Of a DNA stretch of 64,000 bases, positions 49,437 to 58,802 are shown in pieces (the first letter of the stretch is position 1; every line of letters begins with the position of its first letter). Both the position numbers and the translations under genes were made by a program. The notes beneath the pieces are model-generated. The model was not told the origin of the DNA, ran no database searches, and saw only the letters and a list, made by a program, of their open reading frames with translations. Origin of the DNA: a virus; the IMG/VR virus record IMGVR_UViG_3300021962_000036, positions 55,947 to 119,946 of that record. One strand, 5' to 3'.

Positions 49437-50078
49437 TTACTTGTTTTTAGAAATTAATTGATTTAACCATTTTTTGTTAGACATTGGCACATTTTGTATC
49501 ATACAATAAATATCTCTTATTGTCAATGATGTATAGTGGTTGTCTTCTTTTTCTGCAAAAGCCTCGTCAAAAGACTGTTCATTAAATGGATCTTCTAAAT
49601 TGTCAAACAAACTGCTGTTAGAAGACTTAAACATTCCAGGAGCAGATTCTTTATGAACTGTTGGAATAATAGCTGTAACATCACTTTTGTTTACAATCTC
49701 AAGATCGCTCAACCTAACAGCATATGTTGATGTAGGTAGTTTGTCAGATGGAATTTCTACATACTTCTCAGGTTCACTTTTCCAATGAGGATTGTGAGGA
49801 AGTTTGTACAAAGTTCTATGATTTGGGGTAAAATAATACTGATCCCAGTCAAATAGTTCAGTGTAATAGTCATTTCCACTATTAAGTTCACTAGGAAAAA
49901 ATCTAACACATGCTTCGCGTGTGCCATCATTACTAAATTCTTTGCCCATGTAGCAAAGTTTAGCTCCAAAAGTAGGATTGTCAATTGCCAAATCCTTAAA
50001 TAGTGGTTGCCAGAAAGGCTTGTAATCAGCAGTGATCTCAGAGATATGCTTTTTAGGTTTGTCTGTTGCGTTACTCAT
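49437..50078 (-). CDS. hypothetical protein
   Basis: 213 aa, between DnaB and the ATPase. Confidence 0.7.
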   Translation of the reverse strand: MSNATDKPKKHISEITADYKPFWQPLFKDLAIDNPTFGAKLCYMGKEFSNDGTREACVRFFPSELNSGNDYYTELFDWDQYYFTPNHRTLYKLPHNPHWKSEPEKYVEIPSDKLPTSTYAVRLSDLEIVNKSDVTAIIPTVHKESAPGMFKSSNSSLFDNLEDPFNEQSFDEAFAEKEDNHYTSLTIRDIYCMIQNVPMSNKKWLNQLISKNK

Positions 50079-50099
50079 TTGCGTTTGCGTTTTAAATTA

Positions 50100-51200
50100 T
50101 TAAGTTGTTCTTTTTGGTTTCATTCTAGGTGCTGGAACTTCTTCCAATCCCATTACTTTATAGTTTGCGTAATACCATTGCACACTAACATCACCAAAAC
50201 GATTCTTCAATACATGAAGAGCAAGGTGATTTTCCATAGATGGTTCAATAATATACTGATTAGGACCATACAAACTAATGTTATATTTAGCAGGTCTATT
50301 CATTGCAATCATTACATCAGCACATTGTAACAAAGAGTCACTGCCAAATACATCAGCTTCTGTAGGATAGTTAGATAACTTTCCAGGAATTTGACGTTCA
50401 GCATTGTCAATGTCACGATTTAACTGTGTCAATACAATAAAAATAACAGGATACCTATTTTTTATCATTGTCATCATAGTAGCCAACTTCTCTAAAGTTT
50501 GTTGCTTGCTTGTTTCAGAAGCACCTTGCTTTATTAAAAGGGTATGATCCAATGTAACAATAAATGGTTTTTTAGTCTCATGATAAAACTTCTCAATTAT
50601 CTCTTGCATTTGAGCAACATTAGTAGCAGTATCAACTACATACTCTTGCCTATCTGATTGCTTACCTGCATATTCTGCAAGTTTTTTGAAATCAGTTTCT
50701 GATAATGGTGGTAATCCATCATCTTGAGCAGACTGAATGTATCTAACATTTAGATTAGAGGCATTTGATAATTCTCTAATTGCCATGTTTCTACCAAGCA
50801 TCTCAAATTGAAAATGTAATACAGAGAAATCTTGTTCTGGATTTAATCTTTGCAAATCTCTTGTAATAGAAGATGCAAAAAGTGTTTTACCAACACCAGG
50901 TCTAGCACCAACTACATAAAGTGATTGCCATTCTAATCCATTAAGACCAATTTTGTTAAAACCACTCCATTGAGTTTTGAGTGATGTAGCGCGTCCTGAC
51001 TTGCGTTGTTCTAAATAGTTAACGCCTTCTGCCATAAGATCACCATAACGTTTCCATATTTTACTATGAGGTGGGTGATTGGCTGGTTTTGTAGCAGGAT
51101 TGCTATAAGAGACAGGTGGTGAAGTTGTTTTAGGTGCGTCACCAGCACCTTGATCAGCCACAGATCTTTCTGCAGATAATCCTGACTTTGAATTAAACAT
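50100..51200 (-). CDS. dnaB: replicative DnaB-like helicase (C-terminal ATPase domain)
   Basis: GARPGVGKT, FQFEM, LDH, LTQLNR, ADV, LKNRFG. Confidence 0.92.
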   Translation of the reverse strand: MFNSKSGLSAERSVADQGAGDAPKTTSPPVSYSNPATKPANHPPHSKIWKRYGDLMAEGVNYLEQRKSGRATSLKTQWSGFNKIGLNGLEWQSLYVVGARPGVGKTLFASSITRDLQRLNPEQDFSVLHFQFEMLGRNMAIRELSNASNLNVRYIQSAQDDGLPPLSETDFKKLAEYAGKQSDRQEYVVDTATNVAQMQEIIEKFYHETKKPFIVTLDHTLLIKQGASETSKQQTLEKLATMMTMIKNRYPVIFIVLTQLNRDIDNAERQIPGKLSNYPTEADVFGSDSLLQCADVMIAMNRPAKYNISLYGPNQYIIEPSMENHLALHVLKNRFGDVSVQWYYANYKVMGLEEVPAPRMKPKRTT

Positions 51201-51232
51201 GTACGTTGCGTTAAGCGTTTGCGATTGAGTTA

Positions 51233-51263
51233 CAAATATACAAAAACATTCTCAATTTGCAAA
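51233..51263 (-). promoter_or_regulatory. Bacteroidota-type promoter for dnaB
   Basis: Minus strand TTTG-N19-TATATTTG (plus strand CAAATATA 51233-40, CAAA 51260-63). Confidence 0.7.
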
Positions 51264-51989
51264 TCACCAAATGATATTTTTACCATCCATTTTAGTAATT
51301 TCTTCATTGATTTTGTTAAATATATCATTACAATCCCACTCTTGTTGCTTTTGATATGCAGCAGATGCAGGATGAGTTGCATATAGTTTAACATGTTTGT
51401 CAGAAATTAGTTCTTCATACTCTTGCGCTTTCTTTCCTAAGAAAACAAAAATGACTGACTTATCCATAGAGTTTATCATGTCAAGTACATAATTAGTAAA
51501 GGGTTCCCATATACTAAAATGTTTGCCAATCTTGCCAATTTCTGTTGTAAGAGAAGTATTTAGCATTAGAATACCTTGATTAGCCCATGGAGTTAAATCT
51601 GCAGATAAATCTTTTGCTTGTACTTTGTCTTGATAAACAGTTTTTGCAATTGCGTTATGGATATAACGTAGAGATGCTTCTTTTTTCATTGTGTTACCAC
51701 AAGAAAAAGAAATACCATCTGCCACATTTAATTGTGGATAGGGATCTTGCCCTATAAATACCACTTTTAAGTCATTAGCAGGACATTCCTGAAAAGATCT
51801 AAATACTTGTTTTAAAGGAGGTGTAAAACGTTTATCATTTTCTACCTGATCTTTTAAAGCCAAGATGACCTTTTCAAAATCTTCAGACAGCAAAAATCCT
51901 TTTAGGACATTATGCCAACCTGATAATTTTAATGATTCTGCCAGCTTAAAACTGATATCTTTTGGATCAATAACAATTTTTTCTGCCAT
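51264..51989 (-). CDS. ung: uracil-DNA glycosylase (family 1)
   Basis: VVFIGQDPYP, GISFS, WANQGILMLN, HPAS. Confidence 0.93.
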   Translation of the reverse strand: MAEKIVIDPKDISFKLAESLKLSGWHNVLKGFLLSEDFEKVILALKDQVENDKRFTPPLKQVFRSFQECPANDLKVVFIGQDPYPQLNVADGISFSCGNTMKKEASLRYIHNAIAKTVYQDKVQAKDLSADLTPWANQGILMLNTSLTTEIGKIGKHFSIWEPFTNYVLDMINSMDKSVIFVFLGKKAQEYEELISDKHVKLYATHPASAAYQKQQEWDCNDIFNKINEEITKMDGKNIIW

Positions 51990-51992
51990 TTT

Positions 51993-52023
51993 TTTGATAC
52001 TTTGAATTATTTGTTTATTTTTG
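51993..52023 (+). promoter_or_regulatory. Bacteroidota-type promoter
   Basis: TTTG(51993-96)-N19-TATTTTTG(52016-23). Confidence 0.6.
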
Positions 52024-52043
52024 TTGAAATTAAACTACACAAC

Positions 52044-52382
52044 ATGTCTGAAGTAAATCAAACTAATGAAAGTGCTGAAAACCTACCGTCAATGGTTGAG
52101 GTTATTATGCCAAGTGCAATTGTTGAAATTAAGATGAGTACAGGATACTATCAAAAGATTCAAGCAATTGTTGGTTTTTTTGTAAAAGGTAAGACTCCTG
52201 AACAAATGCAGGATGCACATAACCAAATAAAAGACCAAAACATTACAGAAGAATGGGTTGGTCACTATGAGACAATCTTAATTCTTTGTAGAGAATTTGA
52301 ATCTAAAGCACAAGAACAAGGATTTGTTCAAAAAGTTACTTTAGAAGAAGCCCAAAAGCTTATTGGAGAAACTGAAGATTAA
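52044..52382 (+). CDS. hypothetical protein (lone + strand gene in the replication block)
   Basis: Start MSEVNQ at 52044, downstream of its own promoter. Confidence 0.7.
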   Translation: MSEVNQTNESAENLPSMVEVIMPSAIVEIKMSTGYYQKIQAIVGFFVKGKTPEQMQDAHNQIKDQNITEEWVGHYETILILCREFESKAQEQGFVQKVTLEEAQKLIGETED

Positions 52383-52771
52383 TATAAGTTGCAACCAAAC
52401 ATGTGACCTACTTCAATGCAGGTTTCAATAGCAGCAGATAATTCTTCCTTAGAACAATCACCAAAACTTTTTAATTGTTTATCAGATGAGCTGGTTCCTG
52501 TAATAACATACAGACCAGCTTTTTCTTTTATAACATCTTTCATTTCTTCAAAAGTGTGACCAGTAAAAGCAGCAAGTTCTCTAATTAATGCATGAGCTTT
52601 TGCAAGTTGCCCAGCAGTTTTGTCAACGTTGTTTGTCATGGACATGTAAACTTCTATGTTTGTCCCTTCTTTCAAAGACATTGCAAAAAGTTTCAACTTG
52701 CCCGCATCAGATTCAGACGCGGGAACAAGTTGTCCATCTTTCTTGATGAATTTAACTATTGTATTGTGCAT
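52379..52771 (-). CDS. NinB-like hypothetical protein
   Basis: Q.AK.HALIRELA..TGHT.EE.K...KS....SKEELS..IE pattern. Confidence 0.5.
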   Translation of the reverse strand: MHNTIVKFIKKDGQLVPASESDAGKLKLFAMSLKEGTNIEVYMSMTNNVDKTAGQLAKAHALIRELAAFTGHTFEEMKDVIKEKAGLYVITGTSSSDKQLKSFGDCSKEELSAAIETCIEVGHMFGCNLY

Positions 52772-52773
52772 AA

Positions 52774-53889
52774 TTAATTAATAGGATCTGTGTAAACTAT
52801 TTTTTCAGGGTCTAGATCTCTTAATGCATCTTGTACCCAATCTTCATCTACAGTGTTACCATACATAAGAATATGAATTACAGCTTTATCATCAGGATTC
52901 AAACGCAATAAACGTCCTATTCTTTGACTAGCTTTTCTTTCATTAGAATATGCATGAAGTATAATACCATACTTTAGATCAGGAATGTTGATACCCTCAT
53001 TCAATTGTTGAACACATGTAAGTTCATCTATTTTCCCTTCTTTAAAAGCTAACAAAGCATCTTCACTCATAGAGTTTTTGCTATGGTATCTATTTACAGA
53101 TATTCTATCAGCTTGATCAGTAGTATTACAGAATACTAGGCATTTTTCATGCATCATATTTAACAATTCTCTGGCGTATTTTTCTTTAGATCTAAATTGC
53201 ATTAGAGCTTGCATTCTCATAATCCTAAAGATTTTAGTCTGTGCAGGATTAGTAGCAGAAGCAAGTCTTCCACACCAGTAATCATAGTTCTGAGACTCAG
53301 ACGTCATAAAGAATCCACCTTTTTTGGTTTCTACTCTGTGTGTCTTTGCATTGGATAATGGAATCCTGTGTACTAAGATTTTGTAATCATTAAGAATTTT
53401 ATCATCTACAGCGTCATCTGTAATGTAAGTGTAAACAATGGGACAGTATCTGTTAACCATCTCACCTTTTTCAGAGTTCTTGTAACGTGGTGGAGTACCA
53501 CTTAAACCAAGAATCTTACCTGTATATGTAGCCAAATAGTAATCATGAGTAAAAAGAAGACTGTGACATTCATCTAAATAGATGACATCATAATCTCTTG
53601 TTCTTTTACTTAATGATATGTACGTTGTGAAGTCAATATAATCCAACAAGTATTCTAGTCCAAACTTTTTAGCATCATCTTTCCAGCTTTCAAAGATTGA
53701 AACTTTTGGAGCTACTACCAGAAATCTGGTTTTTAAATTTGGAAACTCTTTTTCCATGTGACGTAAACCAATTAATGTTTTACCTACACCCATGGAAATG
53801 CCAAGACCACATCTGTAATGGGAGGCAGATGCGGTCAAAGCTTCCTGTTGAATCAACTCTCTCTTGGTTAATTCAATTGTGTCGCTCAT
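52774..53889 (-). CDS. superfamily 2 DEAD/DEAH-type helicase
   Basis: MGVGKT, DECH, LSGTP, EGINIP, QRIGRLLR. Confidence 0.92.
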   Translation of the reverse strand: MSDTIELTKRELIQQEALTASASHYRCGLGISMGVGKTLIGLRHMEKEFPNLKTRFLVVAPKVSIFESWKDDAKKFGLEYLLDYIDFTTYISLSKRTRDYDVIYLDECHSLLFTHDYYLATYTGKILGLSGTPPRYKNSEKGEMVNRYCPIVYTYITDDAVDDKILNDYKILVHRIPLSNAKTHRVETKKGGFFMTSESQNYDYWCGRLASATNPAQTKIFRIMRMQALMQFRSKEKYARELLNMMHEKCLVFCNTTDQADRISVNRYHSKNSMSEDALLAFKEGKIDELTCVQQLNEGINIPDLKYGIILHAYSNERKASQRIGRLLRLNPDDKAVIHILMYGNTVDEDWVQDALRDLDPEKIVYTDPIN

Positions 53890-54215
53890 TACTTGTTTGG
53901 TTTTACTCTAGGAGTTTGCCTTGGCTTTCTTGGAGCTTCTTGTAACTTAGGTTTTTCTACTTCTGCAACAACAGATTTATCATCTTTAACTTTTGCAAGT
54001 TCTACAGGTTGATCTTGTGCTTGCATAGTTTTACCTTTGTCTTGACCACCAACAATTCTGTCTTTGTCTACCCAGTAGATACCTAACAATGTTTCATTTA
54101 ACCAACGTTTAAGTGCGTTTGGTTTGTTTGGAGACCAAAGCATTAAACCTTTTTCATTTTGTGCGTCTTCTTGTGTGTTTGCACCAATGATGTAATAACC
54201 AATGAATTTTTTCAT
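53889..54215 (-). CDS. hypothetical protein
   Basis: 108 aa with a basic tail. Confidence 0.65.
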   Translation of the reverse strand: MKKFIGYYIIGANTQEDAQNEKGLMLWSPNKPNALKRWLNETLLGIYWVDKDRIVGGQDKGKTMQAQDQPVELAKVKDDKSVVAEVEKPKLQEAPRKPRQTPRVKPNK

Positions 54216-54227
54216 TTTCTTCTTTTT

Positions 54228-54644
54228 TTATAATCTAGATTGTGACAAATTGAGTTCTTTTGCTTGCGCAGGGTGCTCTTCTACCCATTGATGACATGTC
54301 ATGCACAAAGGAATCCATGTAGTACTATCAAGATAGTATCTTCCACGTCCTTTTGTATGATGTATTGTGAGATTTTCTGCCATGGAATTGAGACATCCAG
54401 GGAGCTTTGCAAAACATGTGGAGTTTTCAGGTTTAGACAAGAATTCCTTTCTCATCTTGCTATAAAGTAAGTCCAAAGGTTTCTTTTTGTCAGAAGTCAG
54501 TTTTAATATTCCTGTCTTCTTTGGATATTTCACTGGGGATTGTCTGTTCCAGCAATCTTTGCAGAACTTTTCACCCTCATGATTCTTCCATATTACTTTG
54601 TCTTCACCACAAGCTGAGCATGTTTTTAATTTTGGTTGCAGCAT
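54228..54644 (-). CDS. HNH/zinc-finger endonuclease (NinG-like)
   Basis: CxxC...CxxC, then C-x5-C...HH...LCMTCH. Confidence 0.75.
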   Translation of the reverse strand: MLQPKLKTCSACGEDKVIWKNHEGEKFCKDCWNRQSPVKYPKKTGILKLTSDKKKPLDLLYSKMRKEFLSKPENSTCFAKLPGCLNSMAENLTIHHTKGRGRYYLDSTTWIPLCMTCHQWVEEHPAQAKELNLSQSRL

Positions 54645-54659
54645 TCTTATTAAATAAGG

Positions 54660-54950
54660 TTACTGTTCTAAGTTGTCGTAGTCAATGTATTCATCATCAT
54701 AAAGCTTTTCTTCAGGAAGTACATCTGTTAAATCTTCTACGTATTCTTCCTCTTCTATAATTGAGTCTTCATCAATAATTTCTTCTTTTTCAGATGCGTT
54801 TCCATATTTTAAAACGCTTAAAGCAAAAGGATCATTAACTTCTTCACCATAGTTAAAGGCAACATACATGTTTAATTCATCATCTGTCATCCTCAAATAT
54901 TGCTCAATTGAGATTTCTATACATTTACCATTTGGCAATTGATATAGCAT
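54660..54950 (-). CDS. acidic hypothetical protein
   Basis: 96 aa with a D/E-rich C-terminal half. Confidence 0.7.
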   Translation of the reverse strand: MLYQLPNGKCIEISIEQYLRMTDDELNMYVAFNYGEEVNDPFALSVLKYGNASEKEEIIDEDSIIEEEEYVEDLTDVLPEEKLYDDEYIDYDNLEQ

Positions 54951-55060
54951 TTGAGTGTCAGTGTTTATTATCTGCCACTAAAATACAATTTTTCTCAGAA
55001 CATTGAATATGTAAAGATAAATATTTAAAATTAAAATAGTACTATATTGCTATGATTTTT

Positions 55061-55429
55061 TTAGAAACTTGCTTTATTAGCATATGATTCAATAAAGTCT
55101 TCAAAAGTAAGCATGATTTTGTCATACTTATCTTCCATTGAATGTATTGTTATTGTTTGCTGAACAGTATTGACTGTTATAAGTAAATTTACATCATTGT
55201 ACAATTGAGTACCAATTCCAAAACCTTTATCTTCCAACCAACATTCTAATGGTAACATTCTACAGAAAATCATTTTAGATAAGTAATCAGGGTCATCCCA
55301 TCTTTTACCTACTTTTAATGCATCATAGACATCACTTACAAGTGTGTTTGCTGTATCATGTGTATATAAATATACGCTGCCATATAGTCCAATTATTTGA
55401 ACTTGACCACTGTTTTTATTTATATTCAT
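55061..55429 (-). CDS. hypothetical protein
   Basis: 122 aa, VYLYTH...RWDDPDYL. Confidence 0.7.
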   Translation of the reverse strand: MNINKNSGQVQIIGLYGSVYLYTHDTANTLVSDVYDALKVGKRWDDPDYLSKMIFCRMLPLECWLEDKGFGIGTQLYNDVNLLITVNTVQQTITIHSMEDKYDKIMLTFEDFIESYANKASF

Positions 55430-55440
55430 AAATAAAAGTT

Positions 55441-55587
55441 TTACTGTAGAAATTTAACTCCAACTTCAAACCACAAGAAATGTATAAACAACTTGTGTTT
55501 AAATTCAGAAGAAGCATACTGTTTTTCATGCAGTAAAGCAAATCCAAATTTTCTTGAGTTAAATTCTAAAAATAATTTAAAAATCAT
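55441..55587 (-). CDS. small hypothetical protein (48 aa); not in ORF track
   Basis: MIFKLFLEFNSRKFGFALLHEKQYASSEFKHKLFIHFLWFEVGVKFLQ* exactly fills the gap after dUTPase. Confidence 0.55.
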   Translation of the reverse strand: MIFKLFLEFNSRKFGFALLHEKQYASSEFKHKLFIHFLWFEVGVKFLQ

Positions 55588-56013
55588 TTAATTACCTGTT
55601 GAGCCATGACCTCCATCACCTCTTTCAGTTTCAGATAATTTATCAACTTCTTCAAAGTCAATGTGAGGATAAGGCATGATGATTAATTGTGCAATCTTTT
55701 CACCTACTTTGTATTTTACATCTGCGTAAAAACGTGAGTTAAAAGTTGCTTGAATCTCTCCACGATAACCTGAATCAATAACACCAACTGAATTGCTGAG
55801 GTATTGTTCATATTTGCGTATTGAGCTGCGCGGGAATACAAGTCCTACATATCCTTCTGGAATTTCTACTGCAAGTCCAGTTCCATATACAACTTGTTCT
55901 TTGTCATAACTAATGATGTGTGTAGCTACTAAATCTAAACCAGCGTCTCCTGGTTTTGCATATACAGGAACTACAGCATCTTTGTGTAAACGTTTGATTT
56001 TAACTTTCATCAT
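55588..56013 (-). CDS. dut: dUTPase (trimeric)
   Basis: GDAGLDL, PRSS, GVIDSGYRGEI, IAQLI, RGDGGHGSTG. Confidence 0.95.
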   Translation of the reverse strand: MMKVKIKRLHKDAVVPVYAKPGDAGLDLVATHIISYDKEQVVYGTGLAVEIPEGYVGLVFPRSSIRKYEQYLSNSVGVIDSGYRGEIQATFNSRFYADVKYKVGEKIAQLIIMPYPHIDFEEVDKLSETERGDGGHGSTGN

Positions 56014-56227
56014 CGCTATTTTTGTATTTTTCTAAATCTTTTAGTTCTTCAGCTTGTTCTTTTATAAAGTTTTCAATACCATCATTGTGAAATCCATCTG
56101 CTACAAGGAGTCCTTGTATTGCTTGAAAGATTTCTTCTAATGGAGAATCCCATGGAAGTTCTGCTGTTAATGTTTTATCATAGTGCTTTACTGTGATAAT
56201 CATTGGTGAAGGTGTTCTGTAAGACAT
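56000..56227 (-). CDS. hypothetical protein
   Basis: 75 aa, coupled to its neighbours. Confidence 0.6.
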   Translation of the reverse strand: MSYRTPSPMIITVKHYDKTLTAELPWDSPLEEIFQAIQGLLVADGFHNDGIENFIKEQAEELKDLEKYKNSDDES

Positions 56228-56397
56228 TATTTTTTCTTCTTGTGTTTTCTTTTTAAAACTATTTCTTCAGGTTCATCATCTTCTGTTACAAAGTGAAGAG
56301 TTAAATCTTCATCTGATGGTTCAGTTTTTGGTTCAACGCCATTCTTGATCATATCTACTATAAGTAGTAGTTCTGTCATAGAAATTTCTATTTTCAT
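56227..56397 (-). CDS. hypothetical protein
   Basis: Likely start MKIEIS at 56397, preceded by TTTG-N19-TATTATTG (56446-56416). Confidence 0.6.
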   Translation of the reverse strand: MKIEISMTELLLIVDMIKNGVEPKTEPSDEDLTLHFVTEDDEPEEIVLKRKHKKKK

Positions 56398-56440
56398 AAT
56401 AGTCAGTTTTAATTGCAATAATACAAAAAATATTTTAATA

Positions 56441-56493
56441 CACAAAACAGAGCTTAAGGTCACAAATTGCAACCTTAAACCCTTGTTTTTGTG
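56441..56493 (-). terminator. long imperfect hairpin ending the accessory operon
   Basis: CACAAAACA..TTAAGGT pairs with ACCTTAA..TGTTTTTGTG. Confidence 0.5.
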
Positions 56494-56509
56494 ATTTTTT
56501 CACAATTTC

Positions 56510-56761
56510 CTAGTCAAAAACGTAAGAAACTGTGTTGTTAAATGGATTAAACTCCACTTGATTTGTTTTGTAATAAGTGCCTGGTTTCAACACAATTGTA
56601 CCATGTTCTTCATGAGTAATCAAAGCTTGTTCTTTAACATGCATTTTGATTGTCTGATTTCCCATGTCACTATATTCAACAGGTACTTTACTGTTTAGAG
56701 CATGTGTATTTGCTCCTTCTCCTGTGGCTAACACCACGCGTTTTGCTGATTTTGTTTCCAT
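56510..56761 (-). CDS. small His-rich beta protein (LAxGE...H...HEEH...GxY family)
   Basis: LATGEGANTH, ITHEEHGTIVLKPGTY...QVE. Confidence 0.65.
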   Translation of the reverse strand: METKSAKRVVLATGEGANTHALNSKVPVEYSDMGNQTIKMHVKEQALITHEEHGTIVLKPGTYYKTNQVEFNPFNNTVSYVFD

Positions 56762-56762
56762 G

Positions 56763-57014
56763 TTACAATTTTGATTCAGGTAATTGTTCTTTTTCTTTAT
56801 ACTCTTTACAATCTTCTGTCATCCATACTGGATCATAATCATAAGGAAACTCCCACCATCCATTTTTTATAGCATGTTCGCTACCTTTTGGATGAGCAGA
56901 TTTGTTCTTTTTGTAATATGACCAGTATAGTTTGCAATGCACATGAGCTGAGTTCACAAAAGAATTGCTTCTTGAGTGAACACAGTTGTGACAATTTGTT
57001 TTTGATAAACTCAT
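56763..57014 (-). CDS. Cys-containing hypothetical protein
   Basis: CHNC...HC...GWWEFP.DYDP.W..C. Confidence 0.65.
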   Translation of the reverse strand: MSLSKTNCHNCVHSRSNSFVNSAHVHCKLYWSYYKKNKSAHPKGSEHAIKNGWWEFPYDYDPVWMTEDCKEYKEKEQLPESKL

Positions 57015-57712
57015 GATTGTGATTTTAAAAGTTTAAGATACATGTCCTTTTCAATGTGATAAGGACGAGACAACTCTCTTGAATTTACACCTGCTTTTGC
57101 AATAATGATATCACCTTGGCGATACAATGCTTCAGGTTCAGAAATGTTTAATTGAAAAGTCCAGGCAATTGCTTCAATTGCATCTTTCTTTTCACCAACA
57201 TGTCTTGGAACATAAATCCAATACTCACGCCCTGTTGTTGTACACCAACAACGTACAGCATAAATATCAGCATTAGCTCTACGCCAATCAGATTTTTCTT
57301 CTGGAAACAATTTATCACCTTTGATCAAGTATAATTCATACTTGTCATGAATGATTTTTACATCCATACTGTTGTCTGATTCATTCCAAACAGCATTATT
57401 AAACACAATAGTTTCTTCTGCTACAAGAGAAGGTTCAAGTTCTTGAAACATTTTTTCAATTCCAATAGCTTTGAAGAATAGTCTACGCATTTCTAGATTT
57501 TCTTGTCCAAAAGCATCTTGGGCAGTTGCAACTTCAATGTCTTTCCAGACTGAAGCACAATGATCACCAAAATCTTTCATAGAATCATATCTGATTACAT
57601 TTGTCAAAAAAGCATTGAAGTCTTTGTACATTGTTTTCCAAAGAATCAACGCATTTTTATAAGAGACACCATGCTGGTTCTCTACTGTGTACTTTAAGTC
57701 TTGATAATTCAT
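57011..57712 (-). CDS. DUF6745-like protein
   Basis: NLEMRR...IG.E...VRCWCTTTGREYWIYVP...AIEAIAWTF...RQGD. Confidence 0.6.
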   Translation of the reverse strand: MNYQDLKYTVENQHGVSYKNALILWKTMYKDFNAFLTNVIRYDSMKDFGDHCASVWKDIEVATAQDAFGQENLEMRRLFFKAIGIEKMFQELEPSLVAEETIVFNNAVWNESDNSMDVKIIHDKYELYLIKGDKLFPEEKSDWRRANADIYAVRCWCTTTGREYWIYVPRHVGEKKDAIEAIAWTFQLNISEPEALYRQGDIIIAKAGVNSRELSRPYHIEKDMYLKLLKSQS

Positions 57713-57714
57713 GA

Positions 57715-58398
57715 TTATTCAGTTTCGTCTTCTAAAAGTTGTTTAAGATCAATTTCTACATAATTTTCTGTAGTAGAACGTCTTGAGTATTCAACATCTT
57801 CTAAGATGTAAACAATTTCATTTCCTTCTTCAGTAAAATCAGTTCTAAATATTTGGTAGTTACCCCAATATCCATCAATCTCATCTTCATCATCAACGTC
57901 CAGTTTAGCAGCTTCTACAATCTTTTCTTGTATCATTTCTGATAATTGTTTTGCTACACTTTCTGTTTCAGGATGATCAAAACCATTTCTAATACCAAAA
58001 GTTACGTCAACATTACACTCTTCGTCTTGAGTATTGATATCAATATCATCAAAATGAATATGTTTTGGAATTCTGATTTCAATTTTAGTTTTTACACTTT
58101 CAGTATCAGTTTCTGTATAATAGTCAGTACCTTGAAACATTTGTGTTTCAGGATCAAATGGAGCTTCACCAGATGCAGAGAACTCACCAGCCCATGAACC
58201 ATAATCAAGTTGATCATACATCATGTCTATTAGTCTTTCTGCTTCAGGATCATTACTGTCTTCACCATCTACTTCAAGATGAACCCATCCTGAATCTCCT
58301 CCACCATCCCATTGTAGGATAACTTCAGATCCTTCTTCTGTTTTTTTTAAACACCAATCAAGGATTTGTTTGATTGTAATATCTTTTTCTTCACTCAT
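57715..58398 (-). CDS. acidic DUF6878-like protein
   Basis: WDGGGDSG motif. Confidence 0.55.
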   Translation of the reverse strand: MSEEKDITIKQILDWCLKKTEEGSEVILQWDGGGDSGWVHLEVDGEDSNDPEAERLIDMMYDQLDYGSWAGEFSASGEAPFDPETQMFQGTDYYTETDTESVKTKIEIRIPKHIHFDDIDINTQDEECNVDVTFGIRNGFDHPETESVAKQLSEMIQEKIVEAAKLDVDDEDEIDGYWGNYQIFRTDFTEEGNEIVYILEDVEYSRRSTTENYVEIDLKQLLEDETE

Positions 58399-58802
58399 AA
58401 CAATTGTGGTTTTTCTTGTTTAACAAAATCTGATTTGTCTTTTGACATTTCTTTTAACATTTTTCTTCCATCACCTGGTTTAAACATCCAGCCTTGTACA
58501 ACCATGTGGTCAAGGTAATCTTTAATTGTTGGAATCCAACCAAGGTCTTCCATACAATGTTGTTCACCAATTGCTCTTACAGGAACCATGCGTCCTTCAG
58601 AGTTAGTGATATATGTGCCAAATTCATGCTCACAAAAGAAGATACCTTCTGAGTGATGTCTTAATGCCCTATGACGCATGTCAGGGTAGTGCATTTTAGT
58701 TTCGTCAAACCAGTTGTGAATGGGCAAGTAGTCATCTACATGCCCACCCCATTTTTTCTGGCTTGAAATACTATGATGTAAAGGATGACTCATTGTTTTC
58801 AA
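58395..58802 (-). CDS. DUF6915-like protein
   Basis: HPLHHSISS.KKWGG...HNWFDETK...RHRALRHHSEGIF...IGEQH..EDLG.IPT..DYL. Confidence 0.7.
   Translation of the reverse strand: MKTMSHPLHHSISSQKKWGGHVDDYLPIHNWFDETKMHYPDMRHRALRHHSEGIFFCEHEFGTYITNSEGRMVPVRAIGEQHCMEDLGWIPTIKDYLDHMVVQGWMFKPGDGRKMLKEMSKDKSDFVKQEKPQLL

Noticed and set aside
33530-56013. Uracil-substituted or hypermodified genome
   Set aside because: ThyX, dUTPase and UNG together point to ordinary thymine DNA. No base-modification enzymes were recognised in this window.
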